From Monocercomonoides exilis PA203 (lineage: Eukaryota; Protista; Preaxostyla), in NCBI GenBank assembly GCA_001643675.2, contig LSRY02000010.1:620001-684000 (forward strand): a stretch of 64,000 bases of DNA, given 5' to 3'. Numbering within the stretch: position 1 is the first letter of the stretch; the number at the start of each line of letters is the position of its first letter. Under the pieces are notes generated by a model. The model made no database searches. It saw nothing but the letters and a program-made list of their open reading frames with translations, and was not told the DNA's origin. The position numbers and the translations under genes were made by a program. Below, piece after piece: positions 38,101 through 51,397 of the stretch.

Positions 38101-41100
38101 TGAAAAGAGGCAGCACGAATTCTTCAGGAAATGTGATGCTTCTCTGTTTATCTGCGAGCGATTCATTCGAGAAGACACAGAAGCTGGGCCTGTCTGTGAT
38201 AACTTGGCAAAAGCACTATTGTTATTTCCGTGAGTGAATGGCTGCTTGTTTGCAGACGACGAAGAAAACGATGTGCCTGAAGACGAAGTCTTCACGATAA
38301 CAATGTTTTCTACAGATGCATTGGTAAACGATGTGTGCAGTCGATTTATTGTACCCAGCTCAAAACCTTTGATGATTATGTGTGCCACACTTGTGTCATT
38401 CTGAATAATCGGAAGTGCTTCTTCGTCTTCCATTTCAGGATTTTGTTGAAGGTCTGTGATTTCACTTCTTTTTGGAGTGTTTAAGCTGTCTATTTCAGAA
38501 GAAGTCTGTTGAATTTCTTGCTTTTCGTTCTGAGTTGTTGAAGTACTTAACTCAATGTTGTTATCAGTCCACAGTTTATTGTCTGGCAGAGTCTTTTCCT
38601 TTTCTAATTTCTCATCTTTGTCACCGTTGTTATCTCTCTCTGTTGTTGAAGCATTGCCTTCAATTTCCTTTAATCCTCCCACTATTTCTTTCGAAGTCAA
38701 ATATCGTTTGCCAATTGGAGAAATTCTATGGTTTGTCAGATATCTTCTGTTTCTCGTCTCTTCTGATCCGATGATGATCCTCACCGCCCCCATCCTCAGC
38801 CTCACCTCGCTGAAGATGGCTTCTTCTGTCTTTCGCTTCGGCTGCACAACAAGAATGCCTCGCGAATCCACCCACACCGCACACAGGCGCATCTGCTCTC
38901 GCAAATGGTAGAAAGCCAAAAGCGCCTCCATCTCGCTGTAGAGAGGCATCCGCGACTTCAGCTCCGCTTGCTCCTGCTGCAGATGGTTCAGCTCCTCGCT
39001 GAATGACCAGAATTCAGGTTCTGATGACTCGTCGTCGGGATCGACGTCGAGCTCATCTGAACTGCTGGATGAGTCAAAGGCGTCTAATTCTGCTTCGTCT
39101 AAGACAGAATCTCCGTCGTCTTCGTCTTCTTGTTGTTTCTCTTCTTTTTCTTCTTCTTCCTTTGCTGCCTCATTTGTTTTTTGTGTTCTCTCAACTTTCT
39201 CTGAATCTCCATTGAAATTCAAGGAAATGTCGTTTCCATCACTTTTATGAATAATAATCGAATTTTTGTCTTTCGCTTCCTTTTCATTCGAAAATGCACC
39301 ATAAAATAAACGATCTTTGAGTGTGAATTTATCAAAATCAAGCGATTTCCTTTTGCTTCTTCCTTTTTCTGTTCTTTTCATTGCTTCTTTATCCTTTGCG
39401 CGCTGCATCATCTTCTGTTTCCTCCTTTCCACAGCCAGTCTTCTTCTCTCCATTCGTTTCAGCCTCAGTTGCCTCTCTCTCTCAATGTGGTGCGGATCAC
39501 TCAGCATCCCCAGCGAGTCCACAACCATCAGAAACAGCCTGGACATGTCAATCGTCGTCTCCTCTGTGATGTTGATGTCCAGCGGTGGCACGTGGATGAG
39601 CATTGTGTCTGTTGGAATGCGGCTGCTGAAGGGGAAAAGCGAGCTGAGAATAGAACTGCGCAAGGTGGCGTTGCGGATAAGCACTTTTTCGGGATAGTCG
39701 CCATACTTTGAATGCTGGTTGTGTTGACCGAATGAAGAAAATGAAGTGAAAGAAGATGATGAAGTTGATAAGCCAAAATGGTGTTTGCTGCCTCCAGACG
39801 AGTAAATAGCGCGTGATTCCTCGTGTGTTTTGATGGTGACTGGAATGTGCTCCTTAGTGAAGATCGCCGGGTCGAGCTGGCTGATAGAGACAGAAATGCC
39901 AACAACTGCTATGTCGATCCTGTCCAACAGAACAGTCGCTGAAAGGGGCTCGTTGTTTGGCACGATGCAGTCAGGTGGAAGAGGAGGGAGAGGATGGATG
40001 TAGTCAGGAGGAGGCGGACGAGCAGAGGATGAACGGCGCTTGGAGGGAGAAGCACGTCGAGATGAAAAGGAAGAGGAGGAGGAGGATGAAGAAGACGAGG
40101 AAGAAGAAGAAGGAAGGGGAGACGGTGAGACAGAAAGGGAAGTGAGTTGTGTGCGTGAGTCAGATGAAGTGATTGAACCGATTGAGTTTGGCGTGCCGAC
40201 AGCAGAGCGTGAAGGAGGTCTGGGAGACAGACGAAGTGCAGAAGTTGGTGTGAGCGAAGGAGAAACAGAAGGAGAAAGAGAGCGTGCAGGATAAGGCGAC
40301 TGAGGAGGAAGTGCTGAAAAAGACGGGCTGTGTGACACAGAAGACAGAGAGTAGGCAGCAGAATACGCAGCAACTTGGCTGTTGATCTGCGAGATGCGGA
40401 CGAGTTCTTCGAGCGACTGTTTTGTGGTTGGTGAGAAGTCTGTTGAGACGACAAGAGACTGAATGCGGAGTGTGCAGCATTTGGTGTATCTGTCTGCCTG
40501 GTTGATTGGGAAGAAGAGAGCAGACGAGCCAGCCTTGACAGAAATATCGAGTGGAAGACGGTCCAAAAAGAGGAGCTTCATCTTCGTCATGTTCAGCTGC
40601 ATCATTGTGATCAGCTTCTTCGCCATCTCCTCGCGTGCTTGTGCGGCCGGATGGAGAGAAAAGCCCAGTGCTCTGCGGTGTGTGCGTGAATGCTGCGAGG
40701 GAGAAGAGAGATAGGTAGATGGAGATGTGGCATTGTTCTCTTGAAGCTTTGCACCGCTTTGCAGAGAAACAGAATCTGCATCGGGTGAGTTCGAGATGGA
40801 TGACATGTTTGTACCAGAAGAAGAGGAAGGTGAAGTTGAAGAAGATGATGATGATGTGGTTGTTCTGAGGGATTCCAACATGAGTGCGCCATTGACTGCG
40901 CGGAGTGTTCTTGCCAGATGGCGAGGTGGAAGAACGAGAAGGAAAGGAGCAATGTCGATGGCCACTTTGAAGTGCGAGAAGCTGTTTTGTGGGTGGAATG
41001 AGATGTTAAGCTCAAACATTGGTGGCTGAGGAGGAGAAGGAGGAGAAGATGGAGAAGAAGAAGATGTTGATATTGACATTGATGTCGATGTTGATGATGA

Positions 41101-43366
41101 CGACTGATAAAAAGGATTGAATGAAGTCGAAGAGGAAGAAGCAGAAGAGAACGGAGAAGGAGAAGGAGTGAGTGAAGTCTGTTGAGATGCAGCAGCTATC
41201 TGCTGTGACGATGACGTGTTCTGAGAAGAAGAAGAAGAAGAAGAAAGAAATTGAGCACGCTGTGGAATGTTTATCGGTGGATGGAGCTCATTTGGATGTT
41301 GTTGAAGATGTGAAGATGAAGAAGAAGAAGAAGAAGGCGAAACGGAAGGCGAAATTGATGTTTGTTGTGTCAAAGGCTGTGGTTGTATCTGATGCTGCTG
41401 CTGCTGTTGCTGTTGAGGATTGTCAGAAGAAGGATGAGGCAGAGGAGAAGGTTGAATAGGAGGGGAAATGCGAGACTGATTATTGGCAGAAAGAGGAAGA
41501 GGAAGAGGAAGAGCAGGTTGATTAGATGAAGGTGGAGGAGGGGGATGAGAAGGAGGAGGAGGAGGAGTTGTGATATGTGAAGGAAGCTGAGAAGATGATT
41601 GAAGTGGATTAAGAAGCCCAGAAGAAGACTGACCAGAAGCTGCTGAAAAAGAGGAAGATGAAGGAGAAGGCGAAGAAGAGCGTTGGACTGAGAAAGAAGC
41701 AGAGCGTGAATGAGTAGAGCGTGGCAGTGGTTGAGACGGCGAATGCGACAAAGAAGGAGATTGAGATAGTGAAGGAGAAGGAGAAGGAGGTCTGTTCAAA
41801 ATAGACATTTTTGAGTGCGCAGACGCTGAAGATGCCTCTGCAAACGGGTTTCGCAGACCTTCCTTCCCTTTCAGCTCGTCCCGTCTGAACAAAAACCTCC
41901 GAAAGACGTTGTCAGCCAGTTTTGAGACGTCTTCTATTTCGCCCCGCTGAAATGCCACGTTCAGATCGAAGCCGCCGACGTTCGGGCGGAAGGCGAAGGA
42001 GCCAGACACCTGCAGCGCAGTCACACCAAGAATAGGCACAAAGATGGGGGAGTGGCGGCTGTGAGGGGATTTACGAGAAAGAGAAGAAGAAGAAGAAGGA
42101 GAGGGAGAGGGAGAGGAGGAAGAATATAATGGTAATGATGAAGAAGAAGCAGAAGAAGAAGCTGAGCTGAACACAGAATGGTTCAGAGAGTCGGATGACT
42201 GCTTGTTAATGTCTGGAGAAAGTGCTGTGTTTAATCTTCCTTCATTCTTCATCACAGCCATCGCATTTGCCGAAGATTGGCTCCCGGCAAATTGCGCTTC
42301 TGTGACAGCATTCTGAGACATCGGAAGAAAAGAAGGAGAAGGCGAAGAAGAAAACGATGGAGAAGGCGAAGGCGAAGGAGCAGGTGATATCTGAAAAGAT
42401 TGTGAAGGCCCCGTTCTCCCTAACCCTGATACACCTGTCTGGTTCGTGTTTGAAGGAAGAGCAGCTGCAGAAGAAGAAGTAGAAGAAGCAGAAGAAGAAG
42501 AAACAGAAGAAGACGAGTTGTAACCAGCACCGAGCATCTTCCTGTTGTTCTTCATCCACTCCTTCCCGTACACTCTGTCAGCGCTGTCGTATGCGACCAC
42601 AGAAAGAGACTGGATGCGCCACGCAATGCGGAACATGACCCACCCTTCGGCATACATCCCCGTCCGCTGGCTCCAAACAGACTCGGCTGCTCTTTCAGCA
42701 GAAGGAGATGGCTGAGAAACAGAAGGGAGGGATTGGAACACAGCTGTTGGCTGGAGTGGCTGCTGCTGCTGCTGAAGCTGTTGTTGAGGCAAAAGTGGAT
42801 ATGATGATGATGATGATGATGATGATATCGATGATGTTGCTCCAGAGAGAGCTTTGTCGAATGTTTGAGGAGCAATTGAAGAAGAAGAAGGAGAAGGAGA
42901 AGCAGATGGAGTGAGTGAGGAAGGCTGGTTGTTTTGTGTTAAGGCAGCAGAATTTGATGGAAGCGAAGCCTGAGAAGATGGAGAAATAGACACAGGACGT
43001 AGAGGAGGAGGATACGAAGGAGGAATCGATGTAGAGCGATGAGGCACAGTTGCAGGCGATGGAGAAATCGATCTCATTGGCTGGTTGCCTTGTGCATTTG
43101 CTGTTTGTTGAGTGTTGTCTGTGATGGGATCAAGAATAGGAACATCACGTGTTGCAGAAGGAGCTGCTATTCGATTAAGTGTTGACTGAGAAGCAGAAGG
43201 AGATAGAAGCACAGATGGAGCATCAGAAGATTCATTCTTAGAAGATGAATCATTTGCACTTTCTGTGCTTTCTTTTTCTTTCTCCTCTTTTAATGCTAGT
43301 TCTCTTTCTCTCTCTTTCTCTCTTTCCCTTTCTCTTTCTCTCTCCCTCTCCCTCTCCCTCTCAATT

Positions 43367-43398
<32 letters not shown>

Positions 43399-46188
43399 CT
43401 TCTCCCTCTGCATTTCGTCCTCAGCTCTCTTCTGCGCATCCGCCAGCACCCGAAAGTACTGCACATCTGCAAACTCGTATGCCACCTCAATCTCTGCCAT
43501 CGTCTTCAATGAAGCCACTGTCAACCCCAGCGCCTCCAGCTGCTTCTCATTCAGCAGCCGCTGCCGCCTCTTCTCCTCCTTCGCTGCTGCCTCTTTCTTC
43601 AGCTTGTCGCGAATCTCTGCAAACTTCTTCTCATCCTGCAATCTTTGTGCTTCTTCCTCTTTCTGTTCAGATTGGATTCGGCTCTGTTCAGCCTCTTCCT
43701 GTTTTCGCTTCTCCGCAAGCATCTTCTCCTCCTCCTTCCGCTTCTGCTTTTCTTGATCTGCCATTTTCTTCTGCTCGTCCCTCAGAATCTTCTCAATCGC
43801 CTTGTTTTCTTTCCCTTCCCTTTCCAGCTCCATTCTTCTCTGCCGCCATCGCTCTTCAATCTCCAGCTGCTTCTGCTTCGCTGCCATTGCTGCTTCTCTC
43901 TGCTTCTCCTGCTCTTTCTCTCGCTGCATCTGAATCTCCCTTCCTCTCTCTACCATCCGCACTCCTTCGTTCACTCGCCCTGCTGCAAGCTGCCACAGTC
44001 GGTCGTTTTTTGTGTCTAATTCGTCCTTCGAGCCATCTGCTTGTGCCTCTTTCGCTTCTGTTTTGCCTTTTTTCTTCTTGTTGTCGTCTTCTTCTATCAA
44101 TCTTGTTAACAATGTGTCATCTCCTGCCTTTCCCTCCGACCAATTCTTCCTCTCATTCTCCAAATTCCTCTTGTTCCGTCTGAAGTACTCGTTCATCACG
44201 ATTCCCCAGATCTCTGCAAAGGACTCCTTCACTCTGTCTCTCATGTCCTCGTCCAGCGTCTCCTGCTCCATCGCCCGCAGATACCGCACCCTCTCCTTCA
44301 TATATCGCAACCTGTCGCTCCTTCGCTGCTTGTTGATGTGCTGCCAGTTCCAGCTCTCCCGCTTCCTCCTCACGCCTTCCAGCACATTCTGGATCGCCCA
44401 CTGCCACATGTCCCGCAGCCGCTTCGACACCACTTTCCTCCCAATGGCAATCGTGTCCAGCATCCAAAGATGCGTCGAATCGACGTTTGCTGGTGCAACT
44501 GATGGTGAATTCGAAGGCGATGGTAAAGAAATGGGTGCATCGTGTGGAGTGAAAGACGTTACAACATTTGAAAAAGTAGTGATGGGCGATGAAACTGACA
44601 AAGGCGAAGAGGCAGAAGCAGATGAAGCTGATGATGCGGAAATACTGCTGTTTTGAGGTGAAGCCATTTGAGGAGGAGTTTGTGTGTTTTGTCGTGTTGC
44701 GTCAGTATTTTCTTTCAGTTGCTGTTGCTGTTGTTGTCTAATGTTCATCTGCGGGTGCAACTGAGAATTAGAGACGGAGGAATTTTGTTCTGTCACTTGT
44801 GAATTTGTTTCGCTCGATGGCAAAGTCTTTTCGTGGGTTGGCAATGGATTGAAAATAGGCTGATTCATAATATGCTGCGCATATTGTGAATGTGATGCTG
44901 TTGGTATTGATGGAGAAAGCATCTGATTAGAAGAAATAGCAGAAGGACGTGACGGTTGGCCCATGCCAGGAGAAGTATTGTTCGACGAGGAAGCTTCAGG
45001 ATGAGGTTGGAACTGTAGCTGGAACTGTTGCTGCTGCTGCTGCTGTTGTTGTTGAATCAGCTGCTTCTGCTGCTTTTCTTTCACGCGCTCTTCCAGCATC
45101 TTCACTTTTTTCAGCAGGTCAATCCCAACATCTCCGCTGAACGGCCGCATCATTTGCGACTTGTCAAATTCACCGGCATTCATCATCATCAGCATCGCCA
45201 TCAAAATCGGCCCAAGCCGATCATCACTGAGGTGAACTGATATCTGTTTTGATTTTGAGTTTAAGAAAATATTAATAAATAATGTGGAAGTGTTAAATAA
45301 ATTAAGTCTATTGGTCTAAGATTAATAGTCAATACATACTTGATCAACCATCACAGTGGCATCCACGATGGGGCGAGACTCAGAAGAAGAAGGAAGAACA
45401 TATTTCACTTTTATGCCTATAGTCATTGGATCCAATAAATAATTGATTTTTTTAACCGATACGGATCCATTTATTGATTCCTTCAAAATTTTCTGTATTT
45501 CAGATGATGGTCGCGAACTGATAAAAACAGAGTCCCAATAGAATCCGACATTCTCGAGTTTAAAAATCTTGTATTTAATGGGGGAATCACTGTCAATTGC
45601 TGGAAGCTCCCATCTTTCATTTGTTGATTGGGCACTTATCTTTGAAATGGTCAAACCAAAACAGATTGGAATTGAAGGATTTGAAGCGTCTTCGTATCTT
45701 ATGTGGACATGATATATATTCACAGTAGCCTTCAGCATGTAGCTTATAAGATTTGTTTGCAAAGCACCAAATGAAGGAACTGTAGATAAGTCAATTCCAG
45801 CTGCTTTGATTTGTTGAGTGGCTTTGTCTTCAAAAATAAGCATATTCTTTTTTTCATTCATTCTAGATATTTCCCTTTCTCTTGAAACGGTTGGAGATTT
45901 GTTTGTTTCATTTGGTCCAATAAATATGTAAATGTCTTCAGCATCAAATGATAAAGCAGTAAATTCTTCTTCATTACCCATTTTGCCATGTAACTTACCA
46001 ATGTATCCTTCATGAACATATAAAAAAGGAGCATTTTCGAGTGGACCACGTTTCATTTGCAAATTGAACATGTCAAAAGTTCGATCAAAAACTTTCGCTT
46101 GAATCATATCTGAAGTAACACGCTGAAGATAACGACGGAGATAAGGACCGACAACTTTCATAACAGCCCATCTGAACATACGGTCCAT
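17152..46188 (-). CDS. VPS13: Giant VPS13-family bridge-like lipid transfer protein, ~9,646 aa; exon 1 46188-45340, intron 45339-45244, exon 2 45243-17152
   Basis: Chorein-N (VHEGYIGKL; VHIRYED...FGLTISKISAQSTNERW); YFNNRVIAYEPLIEP; VAB/SHR-BD motifs SPYWIINCS, PFSVDTVG, TKTVTIAPRF, PYIIKNRT; GNPVGLMRGLKGGVTDL; ATG_C GVSGIVKEPVSGAQKEGVKGLFKGMGKG; terminal PH-like region. A 96-nt GTATGT...CAG intron joins the two ORFs in phase 0. Confidence 0.93.
43296..43410. repeat. Coding (CT)n/(GA)n microsatellite encoding a Glu-Arg dipeptide run within VPS13
   Basis: Polypyrimidine CTCTCT tract translating on the minus strand as EREREREREKEREIERERE. Confidence 0.85.
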
Positions 46189-46538
46189 GTTGTTCGGTCC
46201 TTCTTATTTTATGCAATAGAACAAAAATAATACAAAAATATTAAATATAAAGGGCGATTCGATTGATTATTAATTCTTAATTGTGATGATTAATAAACAA
46301 AAAAGATATTTTTAATCAATTTTTTGTTTGTGAATTCAAATTTTTTATATTTTCCTTTTTAGAACAAAATATATTTTTTGTCTATTGGAAAAAAATTATT
46401 TGACTATTTTTTTAGACTCAGCAGATGTTGACATAATTTTCAAAAAGAATTTGGTTGTTCCATTTTTTATTGAAAAAGATTGACACGAATTTTTTTATGA
46501 AAGTTAATTTATTATTTTCAAAAAAACATACAGATAAA

Positions 46539-46566
46539 GTTAGTGTCCACCATTATTGACACTAAC
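46539..46566. repeat. 28-bp collapsed remnant of the 54444-54849 MITE termini
   Basis: GTTAGTGTCCACCATTATTGACACTAAC equals the start of the left TIR (GTTAGTGT) joined to the end of the right TIR (AGTGTCCACCATTATTAACACTAAC, 1 mismatch). Confidence 0.7.
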
Positions 46567-46576
46567 AATATGACAA

Positions 46577-46714
46577 AAAATAACAGACATCGCAAAAAAT
46601 ACCGGACAAGATCGATTTCACAATAACTGCAAGAGGAAAAATTCTGACATTTTTCCTCTTGCAGTTATTGTGAAATCGATCTTGTCCGATATTTTTTGCG
46701 ATATCTGGTATTTT
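46577..46714. repeat. ~138-bp hairpin (about 66-bp arms, 6-nt loop), probable decayed fold-back element
   Basis: ...CGGACAAGATCGATTTCACAATAACTGCAAGAGGAAAAAT-tctgac-ATTTTTCCTCTTGCAGTTATTGTGAAATCGATCTTGTCCG...; about 3 mismatches in the outer arms. Confidence 0.85.
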
Positions 46715-47572
46715 ATGCGATTACTGATTCCAAAACAAGAAATATAGTCCGTGACAAAACCCGGGACAGGGACAAAACCCGGGACAATTGGAATAGGTTA
46801 TTTGCAAAAAGATATGGGTGAAAATTTTTGAAAAATCACTTTTTTTTAGCCTGATCTGTCCCACAAAAAATTTAGTTTTTGATTTCAATCACCATAATCA
46901 TTATTCAATAATTTTGTAATTCCTTTTGTGTATTATTCTACCTTATTTTTATGAATATCAACAGACAGGAACTTCCTTGATTTCATTTGTCATACAATGA
47001 ACATCGAAAAATTTTGTTAAAAAAAGCTAAATCATTCGAACAAATTAACCTAGATTTTTCTTCTTTCACATCTCTATCTTAAGAATTACTGTTTTTATTT
47101 CACTACACAATGTGAAAACAAACAACGTTCTTTTTAATTTTTAACAAAATTGATTTCAATGTGCTTTATCGAAACAATAAGTTTCACATTTTTTATTTCC
47201 AATGATTTTTCTTATCTTCATTCAAAAGAATGCAGTTTTATTTGCAAGAGATATTCATTGCAAATGATTAGAAAATATTGGATGTGTATCTGATAACTAA
47301 AGAAATTTCTTTTTTTAAAGAATGAAACTTTGATTAAAAAAGGTTTATTGGAAAAATGCAATCATTTAAGGTTAACAATAATAAGTTAATATGAAAGAAA
47401 ATCTTGAAATTATCTTTGCAATGATAATATTTCGGGCAATATTGTGACAACCATACAAGCTCCCACTTTTTTTATTAAAACAATCAGCTTTTTTTCATCA
47501 TTATGAAAAACATGTGCTTAACATTAAATGCATTTCATCGAACTTTTCTATTTCATCTTTTTCTTCACAACT

Positions 47573-50500
47573 TTAATCATCTCCTACGACACGTCGTTCC
47601 ACTCGCATTGAACATACATGTATGGAAGAGGAGCAAGTGATGAGCTGCCTCGTGAGCATCTGCACAGAGATGGTGCGCATGAAACAGTCTGGCCAGCACT
47701 CCGAGCAAGGAAAAAAAGAAGATTGTGTAGAATCAGATTACCAATCAATGGAGAGGATGTGGCTCACAGGGTTCCAATGTCTATGAGAATTACCGAAAAA
47801 AAGATTATCTTCTATCATTCAAAAAAGATCGAAAATGTTTCGGGGAAGGCAATAAATTCTTCACAGATTGAATAAGCCGTTAGCAGAGCAAGAGGAGAAG
47901 TGTCTGGAATTGGAGCAAAAGCTCCATTTGATTGGACATTTTCAAACAAAGTGAATGATTTCGCATTCTACTTCCAGTACTCGTATGTGGCGATAAGAAT
48001 AGGATGATTAATAGGCACGCATAATTCTGTGGATATCAGACTTGCAAATAACAATGATATTTCACCGGATCTTCATTCCCAATCGCAAGACTCACAGACT
48101 TTTATTACAGATCCAACAAATCCCTTCATTTCATTCTTTCCCTTCTTCTCTTCTTCTTCTTCTCTCATTTAGACCTCCTTCATACACACTGTTAGAACGC
48201 GTTCAGAACTCTGCACTCCAGCTCAATGTCTCCTCTCTCAGCAGAAGTGGCAGTTGTTGTAGAATATGAATGAGATGTTGAAGCAATTATGTATAATTTG
48301 CTCATTGAATGATCTGCGGGGGGCGGCGGTTGAGATCTCACGAGAGTGAAAGGAGGAGAAGCAGATGATGAATAGTAATTTGCAGTGAGAAAGAAGAGGC
48401 AGATCAATATTCACATTTGCAGTAAAATCAGCAGCTGAATTAAAAGGCTCAACCAAATTGAGTGCAGAATATTTTTTCATTAAATCCATTGCCGTTGAAT
48501 TCTGCAAAGCGGAGAAAGATTCCTATTTTGAGAACGATAGCTCATCTCTTCTCCCATGCACGCTGTTCTAACTGAATGTTCTTATCCCTTTCTCCTTCTG
48601 AAACAGCAGCGGTGATCCTTTCCTTGCTCATTTATTTCCCTTCCTGTGTGTCGCTTCTGCTTCCTCTTTGTACGGCCACCATCCCCTCCACTTCATCCCC
48701 CTTCCTCTTCGCAGTTCCGCACAGGTTTGCTTTAGAACGCTCTTCAGCGCACTCATCAGATCCAACTGCGTACTTGTCTGCCTCGTATCGGCAACCGCAA
48801 ACACAGACACTTCCTGTAACTTCCACACAAATTGCTCGTTTTCCTCGCTTTTTATGCAAACATAGCGGAGGGGCACATCCAATTCATCGCTCAAATCTTC
48901 AAAGACAGAATTAGATAAATCATTCAACGTGCAGTCCAATTTCCGCTCTCTTGTCAAAATTGGCGTTTGGCTTTCTTTCGCCTCTTGTTGCGCCTCGCTT
49001 GCCATTTTATTCTCCTTCTTGTTTGTTGGCGTGCAAGTCTCAGGGTGCGGTTGTAATATACGTTGGATGCAGCTCAACAGATTCTTGTCTTTTTCCTATA
49101 TCTTCTTTGCCATTTTCTTCATTTTCATGTGTTCCCATTCTTCTTTTCTTCTTCTTCTTCTTCTGTTCCTCCCACAATTTCATCAGACGAAGCTGTTTTT
49201 CTCTCTGCTTGTGTCTCTGCTCTCTTCGCTCGTCTTTATCGCTGATAATGGAGCTGTTGAAAAGGCATTCAGTTTCTTCTTTTTTCTTTGCTTTCTTTGA
49301 AGAGTCTCTTCTAATTAGTGAATAATTCTTGTTTTCTTCTGCATTAATTTCGTTTTCATTTTCATCATCATTGTTATCCCCATCATTTACAGGCGTTAAT
49401 GCCTTCCTCATCTTAATCAGTTCTCTTATCCTTCTCTCCTCTCTCCTCTCGTTCCTTGCTTCTCTCTCTCTCTCTCTCTCCTTCGCTCTCTCTCTTTCTC
49501 TCTTCCTCTTCTCCAGTTTCTCCGAATACCGCTCCACCATCCGAAACTCTGCAAACAGCGATAGCGCCTCAAACGCATCGGGATAGAGAACAAAATATTG
49601 TCTTTTCCTTCTTCCTCTGCTGTTGCTTCATACTCCTCATCTGCTGCTCTTCGTCTGTCAGAAATCTGTTTCCAGAAGAGCGAAGCAACGAGAAAGAAGA
49701 AGAAGAAGAGGAGGAGGAAGAAGAAGAAGAACGTGATGCACCAGAAGCAGCAGCCACTTGTGCACAGAGGTTGAGATAGAGCAGTCGGAGGAGGAGAGGA
49801 TGCATTGTTCCAATGCGGTGCGCCATGGTAATCTCAGAACGACGAGGTGGTTTGGGGTTCAGATAGAGATTGGTCACTTCTAGAGAAGAGCAGGAAAAAG
49901 ATGAGGACGAGGATAAGGAGGAAAACTATGATGTGGAGATGTCATGAATGATTGAAATGAATGTGTCGAAGAAGAAGAAGGGAAGAAGGTTTGATGTGCT
50001 TTTGGGGAGATAGAGAAAAGAAGAGAAGAGAAATGGATGAGAACGTACATTTGCCTTCAGTTGAAGCAAAACTGCATTTTTACTCGGATTGGCAAACAGA
50101 GCCTTAAGATGAGTTTGTAGCGAGTGGAGCATTTTAACCGAGAAAGATGTTTTGTCTGTTGATCAGTAAGATGCAAAATACATAATTGCTTTTCTTCAAC
50201 CTCTGAAAAGAATTGATTGGGATATTTTTTAGTTTGAATTGAGCGTTTCAAGGCAATCTGGATTCGCAGTGGACGAATGCATAAGATCTTTATGTGGCTC
50301 TGCTTGAAGAAAATTTGGATTTTCAATAAATTCCGTGTCTTTTGTGGGGGAAGAGACCTCTTAATTGTCTTCCGAAAATTCTTCCTTTCACGACAACTTA
50401 TCTCTTTCGCTTCGAACGCAAGCCCATTTCACATGTTCTTTCATTGCGACTGCAGTTCATCATATTTTCGATAGTTTGTTCCAATGAATAAAATGACTCT

Positions 50501-51288
50501 TCGTTCATTGTCCACTTTTCCAGGCTCCTGTGTATGTGTATGTTCTTCTTTCTCTTCCTTGGAGCAGAATTCTGGAGATTCTTCTAACAATCTCAATAAA
50601 TGCAACTTAAAAATAAATAAGAGAAAGAAAATAAAAAAAAAACCTTTGTGATGAATTGCTTTTTGAATATAATAAAAACATCAAAACTGCTGAAAAAGCT
50701 ATTATCTGATTTTCGTGTGTTATCTGCAACGTTCCATTATTACTATTTTTTGTGCTAACGCAAACTCTGATTTTGAAGAGCGTCTATTTCCATGAGTAAC
50801 ATTCAACAATCGCATGTCTATTTTTTCCTGTACCAGTGACCTTAAATTATCTTGAGAGACGGTTGTTCAAATGCATCCATTGACAATTTGATGAAGGAGT
50901 TTAATTTTAAGACTTCGAATGAATGAATGCCTTTGACTAGAAAAAAGAATTTTTAGTAGTTTTGCGTAAAAAAAAATTCAAGGCATAGTAATTAATTGGT
51001 AAGCTTTTGCTCTTTCCTGATCATAAAAAAATTGTCTGATGAGAAAACGGCAAGATTAATAAAGTATGATCTCTCAGCACTGCATTGGCCATACCATATG
51101 AAGAAAAAACAAGACAGGAACGACGGCTGTTCTTTATGAGAAATATACTCAAGATTTCATAGCGTGCTGTTCCGTTTAGAAAATAAAAAAAGGAAAATCG
51201 AATATTGGTAAGAAACGCAAGGATCCGTTGTGATATTTAAGTTTCCAGCTGCCCGGATTAATGACAGAGAACAACAGATAATTACCAT
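47573..51288 (-). pseudogene. Decayed cargo gene: host-style low-complexity protein, possibly with degenerate N-terminal RRM-like segments
   Basis: Chain of short minus-strand ORFs in changing frames (49877-49569, 49540-49040, 49077-48628, 48507-48238) with coding-like composition, Ser runs and ER repeats, broken by stops and frameshifts; AT-rich intron-like gaps near 50580-50700 and 50937-50990. Boundaries are approximate. Confidence 0.6.
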
Positions 51289-51397
51289 TTGTTTAAATTC
51301 AATTTTTAAATTGCGCAACACGTCAAAATTTTTTAATATCTGTAGACATTCTTGGATTCCATCATTAAACTTCTGATAAATTCATTTGATTGGATAT

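Noticed and set aside
17660-45240. Numerous short antisense or alternative-frame ORFs within VPS13, and similarly within CPSF1, MINDY4 and the kinase
   Set aside because: Shadow ORFs caused by low-complexity codon usage; no recognisable motifs.
46753-46786. Direct repeat GACAAAACCCGGGACA x2 as a CRISPR-like or telomeric repeat
   Set aside because: Only two units with a 2-bp gap; explained as the TIR plus a subterminal repeat of the pogo element.
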